Notes: generated by a model not told the origin, from the letters alone. A DNA stretch of 64,000 nt from Candidatus Gastranaerophilaceae bacterium (GCA_045636305.1 JAZTXF010000047.1:1658-65657), one strand, 5' to 3'. Shown: positions 10,339 to 19,022, counted from the stretch's first letter. Made by a program: numbers and translations.

Positions 10339-11001
10339 GTGAATAATATTATAGAAGATTTAAAGACAAAATTTACTTCCGATAAAGTAAAAGCATGGTT
10401 GAAAGAATTAGTTGAGACTGTTTTTTTTGTAGTAGTTATGGTTATAATAATAAGGTTTTTTATCGGTGAAATTCGTTGGATACCTTCAGCGTCAATGCAT
10501 CCAACTTTATTAGAGGGAGATAGGCTTTTTATAGAAAGATATTCTCGTTTTTATAGAGCTCCTCAAAGAGGTGATATTTTAGTATTTTATCCTCCACACG
10601 AAGAAATAAAAAATGATCTAGTATCTGTTTTTTGCAGACTTACAGGGTTTTTCTGTAAAGATATTGCATATATAAAAAGAGTGGTAGGTTTGCCGGGAGA
10701 TAAAGTTACAATAACAACAACTGAAGAAGGAAACACATTTGTATTAATAAATGACAAACCTCTTAAAGAACCATATGTTAAAGATGTCACGGATAAAAAA
10801 TATGTTTGTAATAGTAGTACAAAATATTGTCAAGATGTTATAGTCCCCGAAAATTCTTATTTTATGATGGGTGATAACAGAGGCAATTCACAAGATTCAA
10901 GATATTGGGGATTTTTACCAAAAGAAAGAATTATTGGAAAAGCTGTTTTTATATTTTGGCCAATCAAAAGAGCTGAATATTTTAAAAGGCTTGACTATTA
11001 G
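10339..11001 (+). CDS. lepB: Signal peptidase I
   Basis: IPSASMHPTL (catalytic Ser), YIKRVVGLPGDKV (Lys box), GDNRGNSQDSRYWGFLP. Confidence 0.9.
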   Translation: MNNIIEDLKTKFTSDKVKAWLKELVETVFFVVVMVIIIRFFIGEIRWIPSASMHPTLLEGDRLFIERYSRFYRAPQRGDILVFYPPHEEIKNDLVSVFCRLTGFFCKDIAYIKRVVGLPGDKVTITTTEEGNTFVLINDKPLKEPYVKDVTDKKYVCNSSTKYCQDVIVPENSYFMMGDNRGNSQDSRYWGFLPKERIIGKAVFIFWPIKRAEYFKRLDY

Positions 11002-11012
11002 AGGATAATATT

Positions 11013-11420
11013 ATGAAATCAAAGGCTGTTGAGTATTTTTTTAATCAAGGGTATTCCTGTTCTGAAGCTGTTGTAAAGGCTGCGGCAGATGTTGGATTGG
11101 TTAATCAAAACCTTGTTCCTTTAGCTACACCATTTTCGGGCGGAATTTCTTCGGGGTGTTTGTGTGGCGCAATCGCAGGCATGGAGTTGGTTATTGGGGC
11201 TGTTTGCGGTAGGCATGATAATTCTGAATCATCGCTTGAAGCTAAGAACTTGGCTAAGCAATCTATAATAGAATTTAAAGAACGTAATAAATATACTTGT
11301 TGTAGAGCATTGACTGCGGGGATGAGTATGGCTTCTTCTGAGAGAAAGGAACATTGCTGTAAAATGGTATGCGATGCAGCTGAGATACTTGAAAGGCTTT
11401 TAATAAAAGAAAAAATATAA
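11013..11420 (+). CDS. C_GCAxxG_C_C family redox-active protein
   Basis: GYSCSEAV, GCLCGAIAG and C-terminal CC pairs. Confidence 0.6.
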   Translation: MKSKAVEYFFNQGYSCSEAVVKAAADVGLVNQNLVPLATPFSGGISSGCLCGAIAGMELVIGAVCGRHDNSESSLEAKNLAKQSIIEFKERNKYTCCRALTAGMSMASSERKEHCCKMVCDAAEILERLLIKEKI

Positions 11421-11423
11421 TAA

Positions 11424-11451
11424 AATACCCGCTTGTGCGGGTATTCTTTTG
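11424..11451 (+). terminator. Rho-independent terminator
   Basis: AATACCCGC-TTGT-GCGGGTATT stem-loop followed by CTTTT. Confidence 0.8.
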
Positions 11452-11808
11452 TTAAACCTTATTCGCGGTCTGTTTTTCGCCTTGTTTAAAACAAGTTGGT
11501 CTGGGGTGTATTAAACTGTTGAGATGTTAACTTGCCTCCTTACGCCTAATAGCGCACCTTTAAGTCGTAATACATTGCATATGCATGTGTTGCATATGTT
11601 AAATAGTTTTTTTAAAATACCTCCATTAAACTACTAACTATACTCAAATATAAATATTTCATATGTTTCCTTAGATTTGTTTCAATTTTGATATTAATGT
11701 TTACGGCGCTACTTTCAAATAACTTTAGAAATTTTTAAAATATTGAAACACTTCTTTACAATTATATGTGATAGAATATAATTGCAATTAGGTAAGGAGA
11801 ATATTATC

Positions 11809-11979
11809 ATGGCTAGAATTATTCGTCCCACATGGGCAATTAGATGTGTAAACTCAAGTTGTAGAACACTTTTTGAAGTTGCTGTACTTGATGACAAAAC
11901 TCAACAAGAAGTGGTTTGTCCGGGATGTGGTGAACACTATGTTTATCCGCCAAAAAATGAAGATGAAACTCAAAACTAA
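11809..11979 (+). CDS. Small zinc-ribbon protein (56 aa)
   Basis: MARIIRPTWAIRCVNSSC...CPGCGEHY gives two Cys pairs. AAGGAG RBS lies 8 nt upstream. The stop overlaps the next start (TAATG). Confidence 0.5.
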   Translation: MARIIRPTWAIRCVNSSCRTLFEVAVLDDKTQQEVVCPGCGEHYVYPPKNEDETQN

Positions 11980-12851
11980 TGGAATATTATTCATTAAATA
12001 ATTATTTAAAAAATAAATTTCAAGAAAAAGTTTATAAAATCACATTAGATGCAGGTTTTACTTGTCCTAATCGTGATGGAAGTGTTTCTTCAAAAGGATG
12101 TATTTTTTGTGATGACGGGGGGAGCTTTTCACAAGCTCACTCCCGTTTTTTAACTATTTCTGAACAGATTGAAGCAGGTATTAAAAGTCAAAATGAGCGT
12201 TTTGGCGCAAACAAGTTCATGGCGTATTTTCAAGCATTTACTAATACTTATAAACCTGTTTGTGAACTTGAAAAATTATATAAAGAAGCATTGAAAAACC
12301 CTAAAATTGTCGGAATTTCAATAGGAACACGACCGGATTGTGTTGATAGTGAAAAATTAGATTTGATTGCATCTTTTTTGCCCAAGTATGAAACCTGGGT
12401 GGAATATGGCATGCAAACAATTCATGATAAAAGTTTAGAGTGGATGAACAGAGGTCATGACTTTGCAACTTTTGAAAAAGCATATTTTGAAACGAAAAAA
12501 CGAGGTATAAAAGTTTGTGTACATGTGATTTTGGGGTTACCAACAGAAGATAAAAATGACATGCTTGCAACTGCAAAAAAATTGGCTGAGTTAAAAGTTG
12601 ATGGGGTTAAGTTTCATGCTCTTTGCGTCATGCAAAATACACCACTTGAAAAAATATATAATGATGGTGGGTTGAAGTTATTAACAGAAGATGAGTATGT
12701 TGATATTGTTTGTGATTTTATAAAAATATTGCCCAAGGACACTATTATTCATAGGGTGTGCGGAAATGGATATTCTAAAACAATGGTAGCACCTTTGTGG
12801 CTTAATCAGAAATGGCAAACACATAATAAAATTAATGAAAAGTTAAGTTAA
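11979..12851 (+). CDS. Radical SAM protein, TIGR01212/YhcC-like family
   Basis: FTCPNRDGSVSSKGCIFCD cluster motif and size are typical of the family. Confidence 0.8.
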   Translation: MEYYSLNNYLKNKFQEKVYKITLDAGFTCPNRDGSVSSKGCIFCDDGGSFSQAHSRFLTISEQIEAGIKSQNERFGANKFMAYFQAFTNTYKPVCELEKLYKEALKNPKIVGISIGTRPDCVDSEKLDLIASFLPKYETWVEYGMQTIHDKSLEWMNRGHDFATFEKAYFETKKRGIKVCVHVILGLPTEDKNDMLATAKKLAELKVDGVKFHALCVMQNTPLEKIYNDGGLKLLTEDEYVDIVCDFIKILPKDTIIHRVCGNGYSKTMVAPLWLNQKWQTHNKINEKLS

Positions 12852-13423
12852 TTAAAGTTTGTTTTTATCCATTTTAGCATGGGTAAAAGAGCTTGAGCCC
12901 TGTGGCTGATAGTATTTTTCTCATCAGGGGTTAAATCTGCCATAGTTTTATTTAAACTGTCAATCTCGAAAATTGGGTCATAGCCAAATCCGCCGTTTCC
13001 TGATGGTTCCAGCGCTATTTTACCTTCGCAGATTCCTTTAGTTGTGTTTAATATATTCCCATTTTTATCTGTTAGAACCATTGTGCAGACAAATTGGGCT
13101 GTTCTGTCATTGCAATTATTTAATTCGTTTAATAATTTTTTTATTTTTTCTTCTTGGGTTGGCGCATATCTTGCAGAATGTAGTCCCGGACGACCATTTA
13201 AGGAGTTTACGCAAAGTCCCGCATCATCGGCTAAGGCATAGCTTTTCATAAGTTTAGATGCTTCTTTGGCCTTAATTGCTGAATTTTCTTCAAAAGAGTT
13301 TCCGTCTTCTATCGGGTCAAAACCTTCGCACACTTTTATAAAATTTATACCATGCTTGTTTGCAATAGCATTAATTTCAAAAACTTTGTGAGGGTTTGTT
13401 GTTGCTAAAACTATTTCTATCAT
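12848..13423 (-). CDS. rdgB: Non-canonical purine NTP pyrophosphatase (RdgB/HAM1)
   Basis: IVLATTNPHKVFEI, GLHSARY, GFGYDPIF. Confidence 0.9.
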   Translation of the reverse strand: MIEIVLATTNPHKVFEINAIANKHGINFIKVCEGFDPIEDGNSFEENSAIKAKEASKLMKSYALADDAGLCVNSLNGRPGLHSARYAPTQEEKIKKLLNELNNCNDRTAQFVCTMVLTDKNGNILNTTKGICEGKIALEPSGNGGFGYDPIFEIDSLNKTMADLTPDEKNTISHRAQALLPMLKWIKTNFN

Positions 13424-14148
13424 TATTTTCCATACCTTCTGTTTCTTTTTTCAAATTCAAGAATAGAGTCTATTAAGCTGTTTTTATCAAATTCAGGCCA
13501 AAACTCTTTTCTTATAAGTATTTCTGAGTATGCGATTTGCCATAACAAATAATTGCTTATTCTTTTTTCTCCACCGGTTCTGATTAATAAATCAGGGTCA
13601 GGAATGTCTTTTGTGTATAGGTTTTGTGAAATAGTTTCTTCAGTTATGTTTTTTAGCTCTATATTAGAACTAATTATGCTTTTGACTGCGTTAACAATTT
13701 CTCCTCTTGCACCGTAATTAAAAGCTATTTGAAGGTTTACTCCTGTGTTTTTGGCTGTTGTTTTTTCAGCATGCTTTAGAATTTCTTGTAGGGTTGAAGA
13801 TAGAGCAGAAATATCACCTAAAAATTTTATTTTAACATTTTCTTTATGCATTTCATCAAGCTCATTGCCTAATGTTTTTGCTAATAATCCCATTAAAAAC
13901 TCAACTTCTTCGGGCTTTCTATTCCAATTTTCGGTAGAGAATGCATAAACGGTAAGATATTTTATTCCAAATTTATCGAATGAGCGCATGGTGTTTTTTA
14001 GGGCTTCAACACCTTTTTGATGTCCAATAGCGCTTGGTAGTAAACGTTTTTTTGCCCAACGTCTATTTCCATCCATAATTATGGCAATATGGTTAAGGTT
14101 TGTTTTTTTTACAATATCAATGATTTGTTTATTTGTATAATTTTTCAA
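13423..14148 (-). CDS. uppS: Undecaprenyl diphosphate synthase
   Basis: HIAIIMDGNRRWAKK, FSTENWNRKPEEV, LLIRTGGEKRISNYLLWQIAYSE. Confidence 0.92.
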   Translation of the reverse strand: MKNYTNKQIIDIVKKTNLNHIAIIMDGNRRWAKKRLLPSAIGHQKGVEALKNTMRSFDKFGIKYLTVYAFSTENWNRKPEEVEFLMGLLAKTLGNELDEMHKENVKIKFLGDISALSSTLQEILKHAEKTTAKNTGVNLQIAFNYGARGEIVNAVKSIISSNIELKNITEETISQNLYTKDIPDPDLLIRTGGEKRISNYLLWQIAYSEILIRKEFWPEFDKNSLIDSILEFEKRNRRYGK

Positions 14149-14205
14149 CGCAACTCACTCCTTTAGTACTAATAATAGCAAAAAATAAAAAATTTAAAAT
14201 AATAC

Positions 14206-14233
14206 TTGAAATTTAAAAATGTGCATGTATAAT
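14206..14233 (+). promoter_or_regulatory. Sigma-70-type promoter for tRNA-Gly
   Basis: TTGAAA-N16-TATAAT, ending about 15 nt before the mature tRNA 5' end. Confidence 0.5.
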
Positions 14234-14248
14234 AATCATATACCGAAT

Positions 14249-14320
14249 GCGAGAGTAGTTCAGTGGTAGAACACTTCCTTGCCAAGGAAGGGGTCGCGAG
14301 TTCGAGCCTCGTCTCTCGCT
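14249..14320 (+). tRNA. tRNA-Gly (anticodon GCC), CCA not encoded
   Basis: GCGAGAGTAGTTCAGTGGTAGAACACTTCCTTGCCAAGGAAGGGGTCGCGAGTTCGAGCCTCGTCTCTCGCT folds as a cloverleaf. The anticodon loop is TTGCCAA. Confidence 0.95.
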
Positions 14321-14323
14321 AAT

Positions 14324-14361
14324 AAGGACCGACAAACATTAGTTTGGCGGTCTTTATTTTT
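14324..14361 (+). terminator. Rho-independent terminator after tRNA-Gly
   Basis: GACCG-a-CAAAC / GTTTG-g-CGGTC hairpin followed by TTTATTTTT. Confidence 0.7.
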
Positions 14362-14460
14362 GTAAATTGTTTAAACGAGCGACCCTAGGGGCGCGATATA
14401 AAGTGAAACACCGCAATAAAGTAAGGATGAGTGAGCTGCGTAGGTGTTAGCACAGCAGTT

Positions 14461-14482
14461 GTGAAAGATTTTTCACTTTTTT
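14461..14482 (+). terminator. Second plus-strand hairpin with T-run
   Basis: GTGAAA-GATT-TTTCAC followed by TTTTTT. It lies about 100 nt after the previous terminator. Confidence 0.45.
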
Positions 14483-14487
14483 GAGTT

Positions 14488-15267
14488 TTACCATTTTTTT
14501 ACGGGGTAGTCGTCTGGAATTTTCCAGCCGTTTTTCTGGATAACAGTTGTACAGAATTCACCGCTTTCTTTGCATTTTAATTCTTTTGCTCCACCACCAT
14601 CTAGGTTAAGCCAAGTATTTCTGAAACCATATCCTTGGAATCCGCCATACAAAGCGTTGTTTGGAGCATATGAGCCATATGATTTTACATCTGTTTTGTA
14701 AAGCGTGAATGAAAAAACGTCGTACCCGATTTGATTAGGACCTTTTTTGTTATTTACATCAACATGTATAGATGCGGCTGGTGCGGCAGTGGTTGAACCT
14801 ATTGCTATTATCATTCCATTTTTTAGTTGGGCTGTTCTATGGTATGTTAAACTGATTGCATTGCTAGTCCCATCGTATCGTTTTATCGTTGTACCCCCAT
14901 AAATTTCGTTTAGGCATGCGGAGGAACCACCTTGATTATAATTTACCATCCCACAATCTTTTTCTACTTTAAGCTGTTCTAATATTAAATTAGCAAATTG
15001 GTTTAGAGATGCTCCCGAAATAGTTTCTGTGTACCAGCTGTCGTTATTTGGAATTTCTGCACTAGTCATTAAAGAATTTATATCTCCATGATTTGCTTGA
15101 ACCAATTTGATAGCATTAGATAGCATGGAATATGCAGTTTTAATTTTTACTTCGGTTTTGTATTTTTTATAATTATTAATTAAATTAGGTATGGTTAGTG
15201 CAGCGATAATTCCAATAATTGTTAAAGTAATTAAAGTTTCAGCTAAAGTAAATCCCTTTTTTACCAT
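14488..15267 (-). CDS. Prepilin-type N-terminal cleavage/methylation domain protein (type IV pilin / T2SS pseudopilin-like)
   Basis: MVKKG/FTLAETLITLTIIGIIAAL with Glu at +5. C-terminal IHVDVNNKKGPNQIGYDVFSF motif. The track ORF extends to 15303, but the short basic leader from ATG 15267 is the typical form. Confidence 0.8.
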   Translation of the reverse strand: MVKKGFTLAETLITLTIIGIIAALTIPNLINNYKKYKTEVKIKTAYSMLSNAIKLVQANHGDINSLMTSAEIPNNDSWYTETISGASLNQFANLILEQLKVEKDCGMVNYNQGGSSACLNEIYGGTTIKRYDGTSNAISLTYHRTAQLKNGMIIAIGSTTAAPAASIHVDVNNKKGPNQIGYDVFSFTLYKTDVKSYGSYAPNNALYGGFQGYGFRNTWLNLDGGGAKELKCKESGEFCTTVIQKNGWKIPDDYPVKKW

Positions 15268-15402
15268 AAAATTTCCATAAAAAGATTGTTGACTGAATAG
15301 CATTATACCCTGATAATCCCTGATAGGCTAGGATAGGTATAATTTATAAAATGGCTTATTTAATGATGATTTTCAGCTTTATATAACTTAATAATTAATA
15401 AA

Positions 15403-16077
15403 TTACCAAAAAGCTTCGGGCATCATTCGTTCGTAAAACCAAATTTCTACGCCGTCATGCGTTTGTTCAAATTTATTTTTAAGTTTTTGCGGAACTCCAA
15501 TAGCTCGAATTGGTAAATTTAGTTCTTTTGCTGCTGATTTAATGATTTCGTAACCTCTAATAATATCTTCTTTCGTGGTTTCGTCGCCTAAGTGAGTGTT
15601 AGAAATTATTCCAGAAAATTTTTTCCAAGGACGTTTTTCTAGGCCTTCAGCGAAAGAAACATATTCTATGATATTTTCTTTTGAAAAAGTTTCAAACTTG
15701 GACGTGTTTATAACAATAAAAATTTCCATATTTTTTTCATCCTCAATATTTTCAATAATATCAAGGATATCAAGACCGCTTGCGCCATATCCAACATCAA
15801 TAATTATATCGCCTTGTTCTTTTAAACAGTTAAGTTGTCGAGAATTAACGTAGTTTGCAGCTTCTCCTAAGCCTTCGTATTCTGGCTGTGTTATAACATT
15901 TATTCCTCGTTTTGTTAATTTTTCTTCAAGTGGTCTTAGTGTATAAGCTGGTTCTACTGTGTCTAAGTCAACTAATGTTATTTTTTTGTTATTGTTAGCA
16001 TATTGAAGTGCTCTATTTAGTGCTGTTTCTGATTTTCCACTAGCATATGCACCTGCAAAAACTTCTAATTTTCTCAT
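15403..16077 (-). CDS. P-loop NTPase of unknown function
   Basis: Walker A-like GAYASGKSE at the N-terminus. ITLVDLDTVEP and IIIDVGYG are Walker B-like strands. Confidence 0.55.
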   Translation of the reverse strand: MRKLEVFAGAYASGKSETALNRALQYANNNKKITLVDLDTVEPAYTLRPLEEKLTKRGINVITQPEYEGLGEAANYVNSRQLNCLKEQGDIIIDVGYGASGLDILDIIENIEDEKNMEIFIVINTSKFETFSKENIIEYVSFAEGLEKRPWKKFSGIISNTHLGDETTKEDIIRGYEIIKSAAKELNLPIRAIGVPQKLKNKFEQTHDGVEIWFYERMMPEAFW

Positions 16078-16202
16078 TTTGTCCCCTCTTTAATTTATAT
16101 GCTTATTTTATAACAAAAGTTAAATTTTTTGTTAAGTAGTTGTCAGATGATGAAATAAATAGTATTATTAATAAAGTTTGTTTAAATAATAGAGGAAATA
16201 AT

Positions 16203-17549
16203 ATGAAATTAGGAATGAAAATAGCTATAGCTCTTGGGCTTGGAATTAAAAGGAATGCACATATATTTGTTGGTTTAGTTGCCGGTATGATTGTTGGTGC
16301 AGTTTTGCATCATCATATTATTAATGGTGCTAATACACAAGTTATGGACGTTATTACAGGAGTTTTAAGCTTTATTGGACAAGCGTTTATAAGATTGATT
16401 CAAATGGTTGTTATTCCATTAGTTGTGTCAGCAATAGTTATTGGTGTTGCGAGTGTTGGTGATAATAAACAGCTTGGTAAGTTTGGAACAAAGATGATTT
16501 TGTATTATGGGTTAATAACGGTAATAGCTGTTATACTTGGTGCAATATTAGTTTGTGCTTTTCAACCAGGGATTGGGGTTCAGTCTTTTATAAATTCGCA
16601 AGCATCAGCTGAGGTGCAAGCTTTGGTAGCTCAAGAGTTAGCAAATAATAAAACTGATTTGTTGGGTCAATTCTTGTTGATGATTCCTAAAAATCCATTG
16701 GAGTCTATTGCGCGCGGTGATATGATTCCTATTATTTTCTTTGTATTAATATTTTCTATCGCTCTTGCGAAAGTTGGTGATATAAACCGTCCAGTTGTTT
16801 CTTTCTTTGAATCTGTTTTTGCAGCAACAATGAAGGTTACAGATTGGATTATGTTCTTTGCTGTACCTGGTGTGTTCGCATTGAGTGCAACAGCTATTGC
16901 TAATTTTGGTATGTCTATATTTGGCTCAATTTCTAAATTCTTGTTGTTATTGTTAGCAGGATTTTTAATTCAATTAGTAGTTATTTACCCAGCTATGATG
17001 AAAATATTTTCAAAAGTTCCAGTTATGACTTTTTATTCAGCAATTGCAGAGGCAATGATGGTTGCATTTGGTACGGCTAGCTCTTCAGCGACTCTACCAT
17101 TAACAATGGCTTGTTGTGAACGTCGTGGAATTTCACACAAAGTTTGTAGTTTTGTTTTACCGCTAGGTGCTACATTGAATATGGATGCTACGGCTTTATT
17201 CCAAGTTGTTTCGGTTATCTTCTTGACTCAGGCATATGGTGTTGAGTTGACATTATTCCAAATAGTTCAAATTGCTGCGTTAGCAATCATAGCCTCAAGC
17301 ACTTCTGCCGGAATACCGGGGGCGGGACTTATTACTATTGCCCTTGTACTTAACGGTTTAGGTTTAACACCTGAACAATTAGTTTTAGGCTTTGCATTCT
17401 TGATGGCTGTTGAACGTGTTATTGACATGTTTAGAACAATGGTGAACGTAACATCAGATGCTGTTGTTGCTGCAATGATTGCAGATAATGAAAACGAAAT
17501 TAATTATGATTTGTTGAATAACCCAGAATCTTATAAAGAAGTAATTTAG
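16203..17549 (+). CDS. Dicarboxylate/amino acid:cation symporter (DAACS family)
   Basis: Multi-TM protein with SSSATLPLTM and NMDATALFQ-type motifs. ATG at 16203 follows AGAGGA. Confidence 0.85.
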   Translation: MKLGMKIAIALGLGIKRNAHIFVGLVAGMIVGAVLHHHIINGANTQVMDVITGVLSFIGQAFIRLIQMVVIPLVVSAIVIGVASVGDNKQLGKFGTKMILYYGLITVIAVILGAILVCAFQPGIGVQSFINSQASAEVQALVAQELANNKTDLLGQFLLMIPKNPLESIARGDMIPIIFFVLIFSIALAKVGDINRPVVSFFESVFAATMKVTDWIMFFAVPGVFALSATAIANFGMSIFGSISKFLLLLLAGFLIQLVVIYPAMMKIFSKVPVMTFYSAIAEAMMVAFGTASSSATLPLTMACCERRGISHKVCSFVLPLGATLNMDATALFQVVSVIFLTQAYGVELTLFQIVQIAALAIIASSTSAGIPGAGLITIALVLNGLGLTPEQLVLGFAFLMAVERVIDMFRTMVNVTSDAVVAAMIADNENEINYDLLNNPESYKEVI

Positions 17550-17551
17550 TT

Positions 17552-18274
17552 ATGCAGGAACGTATAATAGGTTTTTGGGGCTATCCATCATTAGATTTAA
17601 TTAACAAATACAAACAAATCCACCCTGACCATGTTTGGGTGGATTTGGATATTGATTACGGATATCCAAAGTTTGGGATTTTACCGGAAGCGTATTGCAA
17701 AATTGTAAAAAATATGCTTTATAATGCGATTTATTTAAAAGACAAAATAGATGTTATATTGGCGCCTATAGGTAAAGAAAAATGTGATAGTGGGTGGTTT
17801 GCTGCCAAATTGTTGAAAAATATGGGCTTTTTTGTTGAAGAGTCCTTGTATGAGCAAACTCTATTAAAAAATTCTATTTCCGTATCGACATCAAATTTAC
17901 CTTTGAGAAAAAAATTTGAAATAATTACGGCTGATATAATAGAACAAAAGCATCCTGTTTTTGAGCAGGTTAAGCCTGATTTTGGTTTTTGGGGTGTCCC
18001 ACCAAATGATTTAAGTGTTTTGGAGTTGTTTCCTGATAATACGCATGTGTATGGATGGACAAGATGTGTGGAAGCAGGTACCCCCGCAGACATTGATTTA
18101 GAAATGTTTGTTGATGAAAATGTTCCAACGGTTTTTTATGCCCAAGCATTTTGTGCAAAAACTCAGTTGGCTAAATATTTGGCAGATAAATACAATGGTT
18201 TGTATGTCGATATAGATGATGTAGTCACAAATTCAGTTAAGTATAAAATAGAGGCGTTTATAAAGTTACGATGA
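17552..18274 (+). CDS. Unknown 240-aa protein with an internal GFWG-x-P repeat and four Cys
   Basis: IIGFWGYPSLDL... and DFGFWGVPPNDL... half-repeats. Cys occurs in AYCK, EKCDSG, TRCVEAG and AFCAKTQ. It starts 2 nt after the transporter stop and overlaps the next gene (ATGA). Confidence 0.6.
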   Translation: MQERIIGFWGYPSLDLINKYKQIHPDHVWVDLDIDYGYPKFGILPEAYCKIVKNMLYNAIYLKDKIDVILAPIGKEKCDSGWFAAKLLKNMGFFVEESLYEQTLLKNSISVSTSNLPLRKKFEIITADIIEQKHPVFEQVKPDFGFWGVPPNDLSVLELFPDNTHVYGWTRCVEAGTPADIDLEMFVDENVPTVFYAQAFCAKTQLAKYLADKYNGLYVDIDDVVTNSVKYKIEAFIKLR

Positions 18275-18984
18275 AATTATATGTTGATGCAGGAACAACT
18301 TGGTCCAAGGTTTGTGAGCTTTCAGATGGAAGTTCGGATTTTTCAATGCAGTATGGAGAATATTTAGTAAATACTTTTGATGATAGAAAACACTACATTA
18401 TTCCATCTAATTTATTAAAGGACTGTGAGTATAAATTTTTGGCTGCAACTGGGCATATGTCTAAAGTAAATTTAGAGTACGATAAAAATTATTTAAATGA
18501 AGTTTTAGCTTTGTCAAAGGGTTTTTTGGTGCAACAAAAAAATGGACTGGTATTGGATTTAGGTTCTCGTGATGTTAAATGGGTTCGTTTTAATAACGGA
18601 AAATTTAAGGATTTGGATTGGAACAATTCTTGCGCAAGTGCAACCGGAGCAACTGTTGAGATGTTGCTAAAGTTCTATGATGTAAGTGTTGAAGATTTAG
18701 AGTTTGTAAGTGAAAGATATAATATAACCTGTGGAATTTTCGGGTTAGAAAAAATTATGGATGATATTGCAAATGGAGAACAAGCAAAAGTTGCAATATC
18801 AAAATTTTTGCATGGGTTGGCTTATAATGCGTGGTCTTTTGCAAAGAAACCGGATGAAATATTTTTATCAGGTGGTTTTTGTGATAATAAATGTTTTATT
18901 GAGTCTTTGTCTAAATATGTTAAGGTTAACAAATTAGGTCGTTTTGTGTTAGTAGACGGTTTAATAAGTGAGTTTTCATCTTAA
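18271..18984 (+). CDS. BcrAD/BadFG-type (2-hydroxyacyl-CoA dehydratase activator-like) ASKHA ATPase, short form
   Basis: YVDAGTTWSK (phosphate-1), LDLGSRDVKW, NNSCASATGATVEML and ITCGIFGLE (both cluster-ligand Cys positions), FLSGGFCDN. Confidence 0.65.
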   Translation: MKLYVDAGTTWSKVCELSDGSSDFSMQYGEYLVNTFDDRKHYIIPSNLLKDCEYKFLAATGHMSKVNLEYDKNYLNEVLALSKGFLVQQKNGLVLDLGSRDVKWVRFNNGKFKDLDWNNSCASATGATVEMLLKFYDVSVEDLEFVSERYNITCGIFGLEKIMDDIANGEQAKVAISKFLHGLAYNAWSFAKKPDEIFLSGGFCDNKCFIESLSKYVKVNKLGRFVLVDGLISEFSS

Positions 18985-19022
18985 TTGTTGCCCTAATTTA
19001 TAATCACATTTATAATTGTTAT

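Noticed and set aside
11455-11570. A possible SRP RNA, 6S RNA or riboswitch in the GC-richer part of the 11.4-11.8 kb spacer. On the minus strand there is a faint GUAAGGAGGCAAG resemblance to the SRP GGAAGCAGC motif.
   Set aside because: I could not build the conserved SRP domain IV helix or any known riboswitch core by eye. The resemblance is too weak to call without a covariance-model search.
14249-16077. A possible tRNA-Gly-associated genomic island, comprising the pilin-like gene and the P-loop NTPase downstream of a tRNA.
   Set aside because: There is no integrase, no direct repeat of the tRNA 3' end and no compositional break apart from the short GC-rich spacer. Pilin-like genes of this type are usually scattered chromosomal genes.
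18187-18213. A fourth TAAA-N15-GTCGATAT match on the plus strand, 58 nt upstream of the activase-like gene at 18271.
   Set aside because: It lies inside the coding region of the upstream gene, which overlaps the downstream gene by ATGA, so translational coupling is already present. Its extended -35 (TAAATACA) does not share the TAAAG(T/G)TT of the three intergenic promoters. I keep it only as a weak possibility of an internal promoter.
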